Positions 12,201 to 27,200 are shown, numbered from the stretch's first letter. The stretch is 64,000 bases of DNA from Antedon mediterranea (GCF_964355755.1 NC_092670.1:37870388-37934387); one strand, 5' to 3'. Notes: generated by a model from the letters alone, not told the origin. Program-made: numbers and translations.

Positions 12201-15200
12201 TGCCCATATTTGGTCATGATATGCCCATATTTGGTCATCCATATCTAGTACAGTAGTGATGGTGTATCATGACCATATTTATAGTATCTATAGTAGTTAT
12301 ACCACTTGACCATTGAGTTAATATATATTTTTTTATTTCATACACATCCCAACATCGTGAAACTCGCCAATTACAAGATGGATAAACAATTATTTTATAA
12401 TTTATCGTGCTTATAAACTAAGTCTCACTTGAATTGAAAGAGTCATGGGTTACAACCTTGGCACAGGTCAGGATTTAAAGGCAAGCATGTTAACCACCAA
12501 GCTACAGCTCCAATACCAACGTTCTTAATTATGTATTGTCAATTACTCTAAATAGAATGTTTCAAATATTTGGAAAGTCGGCCGTATTATGATTCCTGCT
12601 TGCAAGATGTGTGCACAAATCCAGAAGATGAAAGCATTCACTGCAATATGATGTCGCAGTATGTTTCTGATTGCACCAAGAAGGGAATCTACATGGATTA
12701 CTGGCACGAAGATGTGTATTACTGCAGTAAGTATACAACTGTATTATCTACTTATCGTACTTATATGACTAGATTCCTTCATACTTCCTAGTCAGTCCAT
12801 CTCTCTGCATACCAGTATCTGTCTCTGGTACATCAATGTATGCGAGTGCTGGTCTCCCTAGTATTGCAAGACCATGTTTTGTCTGCCACATCAGAACATC
12901 TGCAATGATGTCTTCTTATTGCGAGGACAATGTACCACTCTACCCCTAGAAATATGCTCATCAAAATCTGTAATCACATTTAAAACTAAACTCAAAACTC
13001 ATCTCTTCAGAGAAGCATAATCAAACGCTATTACTTGCATAGATCTTGGAAAACACAGCGCTTTGAAATCTTTGTCTCTTGCGCTTTATAAATGTTATTT
13101 ATTATTATTATTATTATTATATATATTTTAGTATTAGAATAACAGTTACCTCCCTGAAACCAGACTCATAGATGTATATTGTCCCCCAAAAACATGAAAA
13201 ATGGTAGAATGGATCTGTTAAAATAAGTACTATTTGGGAAACGAATCAACTAATAATGAATATTTTTAACTTTAATTTAATGTAACCGCTTCATATTGTT
13301 TTTTTATTTTATTATTGAAAATTATTTATTTGAATCTTTTTAAAAAAATTTTTAAAGTTATATTGTATAATTAATTTAAACTTTTATTCTTTAAAAGGCG
13401 TTACTTGTCCTGAAGGACTCGTCTATAGCGTGTGTGCTGACTCTTGCGACTTATTTTGCTATCCACTGCCATCCGACAATAAATGTAATGATATCTGTAC
13501 TGCTGGATGCGTCTGTCCCGATGGTAAGGTATTTGATCATTATGGTAAATGCGTTGTCAAAGAAGATTGTTACTGTTTAGCTGATGGTAGATACTACCCA
13601 CAAGATCACGAATTAACTGTAGATTGTGGTGTATGGTACGTACGTTCCCTCAATAGGGAGCTTTCGGTTTCCTGTTTATTTATTGTGTGCATGCATTTGC
13701 GTTTTGTAGTCTTCGGTTTCAATATAATATCACAAACATGCACATTTCAAATTTTTCAACGCAACAACAGGTTAAATTGACCAATACAGTTCCGGTAATG
13801 GCGGAATGGAGTATGCGCAGTTGAATCTTTTGTACAAATGACCAAAACTGTTGAGCATGCCGTTTATTAACTGTTATACTCCACTTCCAAAGTTGAAGAA
13901 CTGCCTTTTTGAATGGCCTAGCTTCCCCAGCCTAGCCTTCATCAATGAACATGAACAGTTTTAACTTGGCTCATGAACATCTCACCAACACCCTAACCAT
14001 TCCTTTTGTGTATGTAGTATATGCAGTAGAGGTGAATTCGTTTGTTCACAACAAGAAGATTGTTCATGCCCTGAAAATGCTGTTTATACTTTGTGTTATG
14101 GAGGCGACAATTGTCGTAAAACATGCGCCACAAGGTTTTTTGATGAGGTTTGTTCTGAGAAAGATTGCCTGCCAGGATGTGAATGCCTAGAGGGATATGT
14201 CTACGATGAGGTCCATTTAAAATGTGTTCAACCAACAGAATGTCCATGTATGAATGATGGCAAGGCATATTTTGATACACAAGTTTTAGCAATTGGTTGC
14301 AGTTCATGGTAAATTGTCTACTATTATTTTAAATTCAACAGTGTTTAGATAATATATAAATACATTTCTAAAATCATACGCTTACACTATCTGGCCAATG
14401 GGCCTAACTATCTTTACTATACTATAGAGTATCACGGTGTGACGTCACGACGATAGAGGGCGCTGCATGTTTGCTGGCCAACCAAAAAATGCGTTCAGCG
14501 CTACTATGTTGATAAACAGTAAAGATCTGTATTTCAATCAAATTATCTTAGCTTGATTTTTTTAAACTTAAACTGTAGTTGAAGAATAAATAGATTATTA
14601 AAAACAAATATTTAGTGATCTTTTGAAATTTTAATTTGTTTTTAATAAAAATTATTAAGTTTTAAAATAACTACTTCAATAAGCCTATTCCAAACCATTG
14701 GTGACCTTGGAGTCACTCAGGCAGGCTGAACGCATTTTTAGTTGCGCTAGCAACCACGCAGCGCCACCTACCGTCGTGATGTCAGAACCGTGATACTCTA
14801 TAGTACAAGAGAGAGAACTTGTACGATTTGCCATGTAAATTGTCTGTTATATACATTTTTTATACTGAATACATCCATAGACATGAAGTATCAAAATGAC
14901 CTGAATCGGAGTACTAAGAAGGTATTCAACTACATTTAAACTCTTCGATGAATAATGTTCTATTACATTACCTTCTTTTCAGTACCTGCAATGAAGGAAT
15001 TTGGAAATGTGTAGAAACGTCATGCGATGGTATATATATTACTACTGTATATATTTTTAAAGTAATGACTATGTTTAGAGTACCTCATAGACATTCTGTT
15101 GATTGTTAAAAGTGCTGTATAAATTTGACAACATTAGCAATATAAATTAGGGCCATCTGACCTTACTCTTAATATTACAAATTATTAGTTATTATTAGTT

Positions 15201-18200
15201 GAAAGTTGTCTGTGCCACACTCCCAATATTTTCTGATAATACGTTTCTCAGGGTTGTTTCTACAGATATTAATGTAGTTCTTTTAAGAAATTGGAGAAAT
15301 AATAATACTATGTTTTAATAGGTACTTGCATTACATGGGGAGATGGCCACTACAAAACGTTTGATGGACAACAGTTTAACTTCCCTGGAAATTGTAAATA
15401 TGACCTGATTAAATCAAAAGATCCTAAATTCACGATTACTATTCAGAATGTAGAGTGTGGATCAACAGGTGTCACTTGTACAAAGGCGATTACACTTAGT
15501 GAAGGTATGAACCAATCTATGTTCACACTGAGCCAATATTAAGCTACATTCACAAGGTTTTAAATATCTAATTTAATATCAAAACAATTAATTTGTTTTA
15601 AGGTTTTGTTAAGATAACGCAATCATAAATTTACTGCGAAGATGAGTGGAGTGGAGCTGTGGCTTGGGGAGTGGAGCTGTGGCTTGGTGGTTATGATGCT
15701 TCGCTACCAATCTAAGGGTCCTGGGTTCAAGTCCTGTCATGTCAGGGTTTTTTTTTCATGACAATTTACAACTCCACTCCCAAAGACTTAATAATAAGTC
15801 TTTGTTTATGTAGAGCATCTTGTGTATATGTTTGTCTTGTGAATGGGATTGCCACCTTTGAGAAGGATAGTGAATGAATTCACTTGTGGTAATCCTTGGC
15901 AATTTGCCTAAAATGAGAATAAAAAAAAAAAAATAAATAAACAACAAAATGTAAAAAACAATGCATTACTATAGAGAATCGCTGTACAAAATAAACGGGC
16001 ACGCGTAGTGTGTTCATGGAGCGCACAGCCAGAGCCGTTAAAAAATTAAGTGGATTAAAGCTATTTTGTTTGTTTAAAATCAATCAAATCAAAATAATTT
16101 TATTTTAACAAAAACCTTTAAACAAATTGATTAAATCCATTCAAAGTCGCAACTCTTTATGGTTCTGGGTTTGTTGATGTACTATGCATGCGCATGTACA
16201 TGTGAACGGATTGTATAATTAGGGCGTTATAACGCCATATTATTATAAAATAATTTTATTCTTTGGCGGAAATCAGCCACCGTAGTTAAGCTATGTTCAA
16301 ACAGAGCCAATGTTAAGCTACCTTCACACTGAGCCAATATTAGTTTACGTTCACACTGAGCCAATATTAAGCTACCCATATGAGAGCTTGCTGGAACAGT
16401 ATTCATAGGATCTCTAGTGAAAGCCTATTCTACCAAAATAAGTATAAAGCTTAAAATATTGATTGATGTTTCCTCTTTAATAGCTTGTGACCAAAGACGA
16501 GCGGATGGAAAGAAAAATAATATCAATGTATTTTTTTAAAGCTTTAATGTTTTGTTGTACTAGGGTCTGATGATGACAAAGCTACTTACAAGCTAATTCG
16601 TGGTGACTCTGTGTTGCAACCAACTGGTTTAGCTGCCGACTACTGGACAGTAATGGACTTGGATTACAATGTGCTTGTATACTCAATAAATGTAGGCTAC
16701 ACTTTGCTGTGGAATAAAGGAACATGGCTTCAAATTAAATTAAGTTCAGACTTGCAAAACAAAGTAAGAAGATAAATACAGTATATTAAGAATACACCTT
16801 CAGGACCCTGGTGATCGGGGTGTCTGACCCCTGAATTGGCCCTGTAGTGTGCATCATCTATAATTTTTTTACCCCACGTCCAAAATTAGAGGGTTAAGGT
16901 GGAATCAGCAAAGTAATTAAATAAAAGTAGGCGTGAAAAAAAATAATGCATGCAACAGAAAAAATAATTTCATTCGGTGGAAAGTGAAATGTTTTTCATT
17001 ATTTGCACTCGTAAACATTCATAATAGCCACCTGTATATCTGCTTTTAACCACCTGCATCACATGTAAAACCTGAAATCATTTTCTAGAGATATTACTTG
17101 TTTTTATAGCTAACAGGTCTATGTGGCTACTATGATGGTGTGGAAGGCAACGATCTGCAAATGCGAAATGGAATGGAAGCCACGTCAGTATATGAGTTCG
17201 GTGACAGTTGGAAGGTATGCCTTGTTTGTACATAGACTTTAAACATTGTAAATTTTACCAAACTTTACCCAATGTCATCAGAAGATTTGATCATCATACT
17301 ATCATCATACTGAGATATTTTAACGCAGATACCAACATTTAACTGTGATGTTAAAAAAAATGATTGACTCGCATGTGTTAACATGAGTTGCACGTTGTGA
17401 TTGGACTTCTTAGCCGCGTAGTTAGTTTTACCGAGACCATGGTAAGTTTTACTGGGCAGGCAATGGTCGGTAAAAGTAACTATTGGAAATCGTTAATTTC
17501 AGGGGGCTAGATATTTCATCAAACGATCCGTCAGGTTGCAAAAAAAATATTCTTTATTTCATTTTTAAAAAACATGGCTGATAAATTTTAGGGGGCGGGG
17601 CTAAAGCCTGTTTAAGCCCCGCCTACATCCGTGCCTGGTACATAACAGTATTGAAGTCTGGTACAATCTGGTTTTATAATGGTATAATTTTCCTTGTTTA
17701 CCTACAGTACTGTACATAGTATTATTTTATATCAATAGGCATTGACTGCTTGTCCTAGCGCTGTAGAGCCTAGCGATGCCTGTCAAGAATACCCAAAACG
17801 AAAGTTCTGGGCCGAGAGCAAGTGTAAAATACTTTATGAAGATATGTTTTCACCGTGCCACAGTCGAGTTCCCGTCAAGACGTTTTACACAGAATGTGTG
17901 GCTGATTCATGTGCCTGTGACTATGGTGGAGATTGTGAGTGTATGTGTACAGCCATATCGGCTTATGCCCAACTCTGCAAAGATTATGACATCTTGATAA
18001 GCTGGAGGTCATCACACTTTTGCCGTAAGTTTCAACAATTTTTTTTCCCAATTCTCCAAAACTGTGACTGATTTATTTAATTTTTTATTTTATGTGAAAC
18101 ACTTTCAGTATTACAGTTGATCAAAGTTGATCACGGATTAAATAATAAATATTAAAAGCAAAAGCATAAAAAGGTATAGACAATAATATTATTATAAAAT

Positions 18201-21200
18201 AAAACAAACAATTATTAGGTATGAATTAAAATTTCTATTCTACAACTCTAAAGCGAAAATTACTGATCATCTGATTTTACAATAGTAACTTTACGACAAT
18301 AATGCCCCTTTAATTTCATTTGATTTACAATGTAACTCACTCATTGCTTGCTCCTGGCAAGATTGTGTTTGATAATATCCCCCATGCCGAGTAAACTTGA
18401 GTCGAGTGGCTGAGGGGCGCCGCAAACCATTTATACAATCGGTACATGTTCAAGACACTCCTCGACCAAGTCTTCTTGGATATTGACTTAAAACTGGAGG
18501 TCCAGTGTACACATCTGGCTCGCGTGCACTTTAAAGAACTCAATACATCTTTCGGAAGAGTAGGGGGTTTCCCTTGTGTACTGGTCCATTCAGCCCTTGT
18601 CGTTGTGGACAGACAAACAGTCGCCGTTTGGTGGCAGCACTGAACATGAAGAGACCCTTAGAGGAGAAGAAAGTTGTGGTATGTGTCGTTCACACCTGTG
18701 CAGCCAATCGCAAGTTATTATATTCCCCATATACATTTTAATATTATTATTAATATTATTTTACAGCTATGCAGTGTGATGAGGGATGTGAGCATTACAG
18801 TCCATGTGTGGAGATGTGTCATGGTGCTACCTGCGTAGATGGCTGTTGCCATCAAGATGACTACAACAACCAAACTGGTCTTTGTGGTACTAAACCGGTT
18901 TGTGAGGTTACTACAGTTGCTCCAACATGGCCAACTACTACTCCAATTACAATTACTACTCCAATTCCAACCACTACTGCCGTGCCTACAACAACAATAG
19001 AAAGTATGCCATTGGAATATATCGTAAATCGTCCCTGTGTTAATATTCTTTGATTGTTTTTAGAGTGGGTTACTATTAGATTATTATTTATTTTAAAAAT
19101 ACAGCTGCATCATGAACGACCATAAGCATAATGTCATTTTGTCAATAGTTTTTGTGACTCTAATATTAACCCCCATGGGTTACTATTAGAGTAGTGGGTT
19201 ATTATTATAGATTGACTTATAAGGTGGGTTACTATTAGAAGGGGGTATTAGAGTGTGGGTTATTATTATAGATTGACTCATAAGGTGGGTTACTATTAGA
19301 GTGTGGGTTACGATGTAATCTTTTTTAAGCATGAATACAATTATACATCTTAATGTTATTATTGTTTGTTAATATTAAAACAAGAAAAAAATGAAACAAA
19401 ACCAAAACATCTATTGAGAACATTTCAAAATTATTTGGCTATCCCAATAAATTCTCAAATCACATCTCAAACAAATTATCTTCTTTCTGTTGTTCCTTGA
19501 AATAATTACATTAGTAATATTTTGTAAAGGAATTTGTGAAGAGGTAAATTAAGTAAAATTATTGATATTTCATCATATTGTTCTGAAAATTTAACTGGCC
19601 AACAGACTTGTTATTTTTACTATTTAACTTGCCATTGGCCGGCAGACCAGTGTTATTGTGAACGCTGCAAGTAATGACATTACCATCAATCAAATTAGCC
19701 AATACAGTTAATTGAGAGACAATAATATAATTCTGTTTTTATCTAGTGTGCAACAATGACTTGGACGTCGTTGGACAAGGAACTAGGGTAACGTCCGACT
19801 TTTCAAATCCAGAAAATACAAAGTTACACAGTGAGGGCTGGACCCCAAACCATATGCCAGAACAACCTAGAGCGTATGTTGAATTTAATTTTAACTACAC
19901 TGTAGAGGTGCTTATCATTGGTGTCCAGGGAAAAGATAACATGTATGTTACCGAGCTAAAATTGTACTATAAAACAGTGGACTCTAACACTATAGTAGAG
20001 TGGAATAAATTAATAGAGGTAGCGGGGCAAGATAATCATTCAGAAGTAACTATCATTCAACTGCCGAAGGATTTTCCAGATGTCGTGTATCTAAAAGCTG
20101 AAATCATGAAGTTTCATATTCAGCCTGCTTTACGAATTGCTTTCTATGGATGTGTGGCCAAACCTACGACGACACAAGCACCTCAAACTACAACTAGTCG
20201 TACTACCACTGCTGAAATTACAACAATCATAGTAACTGAAGCTCCTACCACTTTGCAAACCACTAGATTGACGACGATCGAAGGTATTTCATTTCATTTT
20301 CATTTATCGATCCCTTCTGTGATGGGTGGATCTGATCTGGGCTGTGTATGCTAACATATAATATAATTAGTCTGTCCAAAATAAATAATAATAATAATAA
20401 TACAACAACAAATGACAACAACCGAATTGAGCTCATTTTAACAAAATAAATTATGCATACTGTATCTTTTGTGGTTTGATAAAAAATGGTAGTATTTAGC
20501 TTTTAATATTTTATCAGCATATAGTGATACTTTTCTTTGTAATGTCTTATAATATGATGAAATAATAATAATATTAATAATTTTAAAAAAATAGGGATAT
20601 TTCAGATTAATCTTAAATGGAGCATTTAACTGTTGCTGGTAAGCTACTGTATAGCCATACACTTGCAACTGCAACATAGAATGATCTCCGACCCCACTGG
20701 CCCTATGCTCTTGAAACAGGTTCTGTGACAATGGGCTTCTACAAGATAGTTCATAATGCAGTACACAATCTCATTTTACCTGCTAAAAAGGGAGATCACG
20801 CAAACCTGGTTCGGCCCTTGTATGACATTTACAATTTTAACACTATTAAATACTGTATATAGTGAAGCATCTGTTAACAAATGACCATATTACTCAATAA
20901 TTATTTAACAAAATAAATTATGCATATCTTTTGTGGTTTGATTGTAGTATTTAGTAGAACATTAGCTTGCTAAGCATTTGCATTGTTCATAAATTACTGA
21001 AAAATACTATTGGAATCCTCTTCTAATCAAAAATTTTCCTCAAACTTAATTTATTTTTGTGTCTTATACCCTATTTGACATCTGCATAAATGTTTACAAC
21101 TTGTAACAACTTGTAACGTTGATCTCCTGATTTATTACACGTTTCATACATGCATATGCGAAGCCTGATAAATCTTGGTAGGAAGCCTAGTTGCTATTGT

Positions 21201-24200
21201 TTAATTACTATGATTGGTCAGTTTAATACCAGGGCAATACACGCGGAACATCTCGGAACAAAAACATGCTTCTCAACAATGTGTCTCGGGAAATTTTCAT
21301 AAAAAATAGTACTTACACTATGCAAACCTAGTTACAACTTGTTACAAGTAGTTACAATTTAGATATCTTTAGTTTAAATCCTGCTTAGGATCTTCATTTA
21401 TTCATCATCATTATTTTTTTAAATATTTAATCATTATTATTTTTTTGTATCAATAATATTAATATTTTTTTTACTATGAACCTAAGCTCAACACATGGAT
21501 ACTTACCTGTAGTAAGTAAAATAATATAAAAGTTGGTCCAGAATTGGGATCCTGGTCCAGATTGCCTTAAAACTTGATGGAATGGTCCGTGACCACATAT
21601 CTGTATTATCAAAATTTAATGGTAAAAATCTGGCAATCCTTCAACTAACAAACACACAGGTGCAATCGACTACATAACCTCCTTGGCCGAGGTAAAAAAA
21701 TACATATAAAATTAGTTGGTTAAATATGATAGACTACTTTATTTGATTTGAAAGTACTGAAATGTTAATTAAATCTGGGACTTTTGGCCTGAGCTTCATG
21801 GACTCTTAGAAAACCCGGACTTTATGTCAAATAAATAAAATAATGTTCTTGAAATTATTCTTTCACAAGCTAAGAAAAGCTAGCCAGGTGCTAGATTGAC
21901 AACACAACTTGTGGAGGTTTGCAATTTCAGAAGACTTTACGTTTCCAAGTTCATGACATCCAATCAATTATCTATTTTAGAATGCCTCATAGAATTTTGC
22001 AAAATAAACAACAACTACAGTAGTAATTGTTAATTATTATAATAAAATCTGAATTTTAAATATTATTTTAATTTGGACTGTGTGTGTTTTCTTGATGTTT
22101 TCTTCAACTGTTATAGGTTATTTAATTGTAAACCGTTTCTTTTTTTTACTGTAGATTAGCTTTATTTAAGGGTTAGGTTCAGTTTGACATTTATCTATCA
22201 TCTGACTAACTTCAGGAGTAAAACATTGTCTTCACTGCTAATACACCTTCTATTTTAGTTTGTATTGTAAAACAGCCACTTTTAGCCAATCAAACCATTT
22301 GGAAAAACTTTATATTATTAGTTTATAATAAACTATTTTCTTTTCTTTACAGAATGTGATGATGAATTATCTAATATTGTTGCTGGACTTTCAGTAACTA
22401 GAACAACATCAGATAATTCTAATCCTAACAGCACGGAAATAGACAGCACAGACATATGGTTTCCGGATATTACTGTACAGCCCAAACCATATGTAGATGT
22501 TACATTTGATAACACGGTATCCATAACATCCTTAACCATTCAGGGAGATGAAGGAAATTCTGTTACCAAACTTAAACTTTATCATAAAGAGTCAGAAAGT
22601 GACAGTTACATTATTATGAGTGATGACTTTCATGTTCCAAACCAAACTAATAATTCCATTGTAGAAAAAATTCTTCTTCCTGAAAAACTTCCAGTTGTTG
22701 TCGCTCTAAGAGTGGAAATTGATTCTTATAATGTCGACAATCCAACAGTAAGATTTGGAATTTTTGGATGTCTGCATGAAAGAACAACTACTATTCCGTC
22801 AACACCAAGTACAACTGCAACAGGTACCCCGTCAACACCAAGTACAACTGCAACAGGTACCCCATCAACATCAAGGACAACTTCAACAGGTACCCCGTCA
22901 ACACCCAGTACAACTGCAACAGGTACCCCATCAACACCAAGTACAACTGCAACAGGTACCCCGTCAACACCAATTACAACTGCAACAGGTACCCCGTCAA
23001 CAGCAAGTACAACTGCAACAGGTACCCCGTCAACACCAATTACAACTGCAACAGGTACCCCGTCAACACCAATTACAACTGTAACAGGTACCCCGTCAAC
23101 ACCAATTACAACTGCAACAGGTACCCCGTCAACACCAATTACAACTGCAACAGGTACCCCGTCAACAGCAAGTACAACTGCAACAGGTACCCCGTCAACA
23201 CCAATTACAACTGCAACAGGTACCCCGTCAACACCAAGGACAACGGCAACAGGTACCCCATCAACACCAAGTACAACTGCAACAGGTACCCCGTCAACAC
23301 CAAGTACAACTGCACCAGGTACCCCGTCAACACCACGTACAACTGCAACAGGTACCCCGTCAACACCAAGTACAACTGCAACAGGTACCCCGTCAATACC
23401 AATTACAACTGCAACAGGTACCCCGTCAACACCAAGTACAACTGCAACAAGTACCTCGTCAACACCAAGTACAACTGCAACAGGTACCCCATCAACACCA
23501 AGTACAACTGCAACAGGTACTCCGTCAACACCAAGTACAACTGCAACAGGTACCCCGTCACCACCAAGTACAACTGCAACAGGTACCCCATCAACACCAA
23601 GTAGAACTGCAACAGGTACTCCGTCAACACCAAGTACAACTTCAACAGGTACCCCGTCAACACCAATTACAACTGCAACAGGTACCCCGTCAACACCAAT
23701 TACAACTGCAACAGGTACCCCGTCAACACCAATTACAACTGCAACAGGTACCCCGTCAACAGCAAGTACAACTGCAACAGGTACCCCGTCAACACCAATT
23801 ACAACTGCAACAGGTACCCCGTCAACACCAAGTACAACTGCAACAGGTACCCCATCAACACCAAGTAGAACTGCAACAGGTACCCCGTCAACACCAAGTA
23901 CAACTGCAACAGGTACCCCATCAACACCAAGTACAACTGCAACAGGTACCCCGTCAACACCAAGTACAACTGCAACAGGTACCCCGTCAACAGCAAGTAC
24001 AACTGCAACAGGTACCCCGTCAACACCAATTACAACTGCAACAGGTACCCCGTCAACACCAATTACAACTGCAACAGGTACCCCGTCAACACCAATTACA
24101 ACTGCAACAGGTACCCCGTCAACACCAATTACAACTGCAACAGGTACCCCGTCAACAGCAAGTACAACTGCAACAGGTACCCCGTCAACACCAAGTACAA

Positions 24201-27200
24201 CTGCAACAGGTACCCCATCAACACCAAGTAGAACTGCAACAGGTACCCCGTCAACACCAAGTACAACTGCAACAGGTACCCCATCAACACCAAGTACAAC
24301 TGCAACAAGTACCCCGTCAACACCAATTACAACTGCAACAGGTACCCCGTCAACAGCAAGTACAACTGCAACAGGTACCCCGTCAACACCAATTACAACT
24401 GCAACAGGTACCCCGTCAACACCAATTACAACTGCAACAGGTACCCCGTCAACACCAATTACAACTGCAACAGGTACCCCGTCAACACCAATTACAACTG
24501 CAACAGGTACCCCGTCAACAGCAAGTACAACTGCAACAGGTACCCCATCAACACCAAGTACAACTGCAACAGGTACCCCGTCAACACCAAGTACAACTGC
24601 AACAGGTACCCCGTCAACACCAATTACAACTGCAACAGGTACCCCGTCAACAGCAAGTACAACTGCAACAGGTACCCCGTCGACACCAATTACAACTGCA
24701 ACAGGTACCCCGTCAACACCAATTACAACTGCAACAGGTACCCCGTCAACACCAATTACAACTGTACCAGGTACCCCGTCAACACCAATTACAACTGCAA
24801 CAGGTACCCCGTCAACAGCAAGTACAACTGCAACAGGTACCCCGTCAACACCAATTACAACTGCAACAGGTACCCCGTCAACACCAAGTACAACTGCAAC
24901 AGGTACCCCATCAACACCAAGTACAACTGCAACAGGTACCCCGTCAACACCAAGTACAACTGCAACAGGTACCCCGTCAACACCAAGTACAACTGCAACA
25001 GGTACCCCGTCAACACCAAGTACAACTGCAACAGGTACCCCGTCAACACCAAGTACAACTGCAACAGGTACCCCGTCAACACCAAGTACAACTGCAACAA
25101 GTACCTCGTCAACACCAAGTACAACTGCAACAGGTACTCCATCAACACCAAGTACAACTGCAACAGGTACTCCGTCAACACCAAGTACAACTGCAACAGG
25201 TACCCCGTCACCACCAAGTACAACTGCAACAGGTACCCCATCAACACCAAGTAGAACTGCAACAGGTACTCCGTCAACACCAAGTACAACTGCAACAGGT
25301 ACCCCGTCAACACCAATTACAACTGCAACAGGTACCCCGTCAACACCAATTACAACTGCAACAGGTACCCCGTCAACACCAATTACAACTGCAACAGGTA
25401 CCCCGTCAACAGCAAGTACAACTGCAACAGGTACCCCGTCAACACCAATTACAACTGCAACAGGTACCCCGTCAACACCAATTACAACTGCAACAGGTAC
25501 CCCATCAACACCAAGTAGAACTGCAACAGGTACCCCGTCAACACCAAGTACAACTGCAACAGGTACCCCATCAACACCAAGTACAACTGCAACAGGTACC
25601 CCGTCAACACCAAGTACAACTGCAACAGGTACCCCGTCAACACCAAGTACAACTGCAACAGGTACCCCGTCAACACCAATTACAACTGCAACAGGTACCC
25701 CGTCAACAGCAAGTACAACTGCAACAGGTACCCCGTCAACACCAATTACAACTGCAACAGGTACCCCGTCAACACCAATTACAACTGCAACAGGTACCCC
25801 GTCAACACCAATTACAACTGCAACAGGTACCCCGTCAACACCAATTACAACTGCAACAGGTACCCCGTCAACAGCAAGTACAACTGCAACAGGTACCCCG
25901 TCAACACCAATTACAACTGCAACAGGTACCCCGTCAACACCAAGTACAACTGCAACAGGTACCCCATCAACACCAAGTAGAACTGCAACAGGTACCCCGT
26001 CAACACCAAGTACAACTGCAACAGGTACCCCATCAACACCAAGTACAACTGCAACAGGTACCCCGTCAACACCAAGTACAACTGCAACAGGTACCCCGTC
26101 AACACCAATTACAACTGCAACAGGTACCCCGTCAACAGCAAGTACAACTGCAACAGGTACCCCGTCAACACCAATTACAACTGCAACAGGTACCCCGTCA
26201 ACACCAATTACAACTGCAACAGGTACCCCGTCAAAACCAATTACAACTGCAACAGGTACCCCGTCAACACCAATTACAACTGCAACAGGTACCCCGTCAA
26301 CAGCAAGTACAACTGCAACAGGTACCCCATCAACACCAAGTACAACTGCAACAGGTACCCCGTCAACACCAAGTACAACTGCAACAGGTACCCCGTCAAC
26401 ACCAATTACACCTGCAACAGGTACCCCGTCAACAGCAAGTACAACTGCAACAGGTACCCCGTCGACACCAATTACAACTGCAACAGGTACCCCGTCAACA
26501 CCAATTACAACTGCAACAGGTACCCCGTCAACACCAATTACAACTGTACCAGGTACCCTGTCAACACCAATTGCAACTGCAACAGGTACCCCGTCAACAG
26601 CAAGTACAACTGCAACAGGTACCCCGTCAACACCAATTACAACTGCAACAGGTACCCCGTCAACACCAAGTACAACTGCAACAGGTACCCCATCAACACC
26701 AAGTACAACTGCAACAGGTACCCCGTCAACACCAAGTACAACTGCAACAGGTACCCCGTCAACACCAAGTACAACTGCAACAGGTACCCCGTCAACACCA
26801 AGTACAACTGCAACAGGTACCCCGTCAACACCAAGTACGACTGCAACAGGTACCCCGTCAACACCAAGTGCAACAGGTACCCCGTCAACACCAAGTACAA
26901 CTGCAACAGGTACCCCGTCAACACCAAGTACAACTGCAACAGGTACCCCGTCAACACCAATTACAACTGCAACAGGTACCCCGTCAACAGCAAGTACAAC
27001 TGCAACAGGTACCCCATCAACACCAATTACAACTGCAACGGGTACCCCGTCAACACCAATTACAACTGCAACAGGTACCCCGTCAACACCAATTACAACT
27101 GCAACAGGTACCCCGTCAACACCAATTACAACTGCAACAGGTACCCCGTCAACAGCAAGTACAACTGCAACAGGTACCCCGTCAACACCAATTACAACTG

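Noticed and set aside
11802-12238. His/Tyr/Gly-rich ORFs on the minus strand
   Set aside because: Translations of the intronic minisatellite in all three frames, with no splice or domain support.
15322-15365. Possible GDPH autocatalytic cleavage site
   Set aside because: The sequence reads GDGH, and none of the three VWD domains has GDPH.
15673-15745. tRNA-like sequence with A and B boxes
   Set aside because: No clean cloverleaf; it continues into a shared body and A-rich tail and has several dispersed diverged copies, so it is a SINE head.
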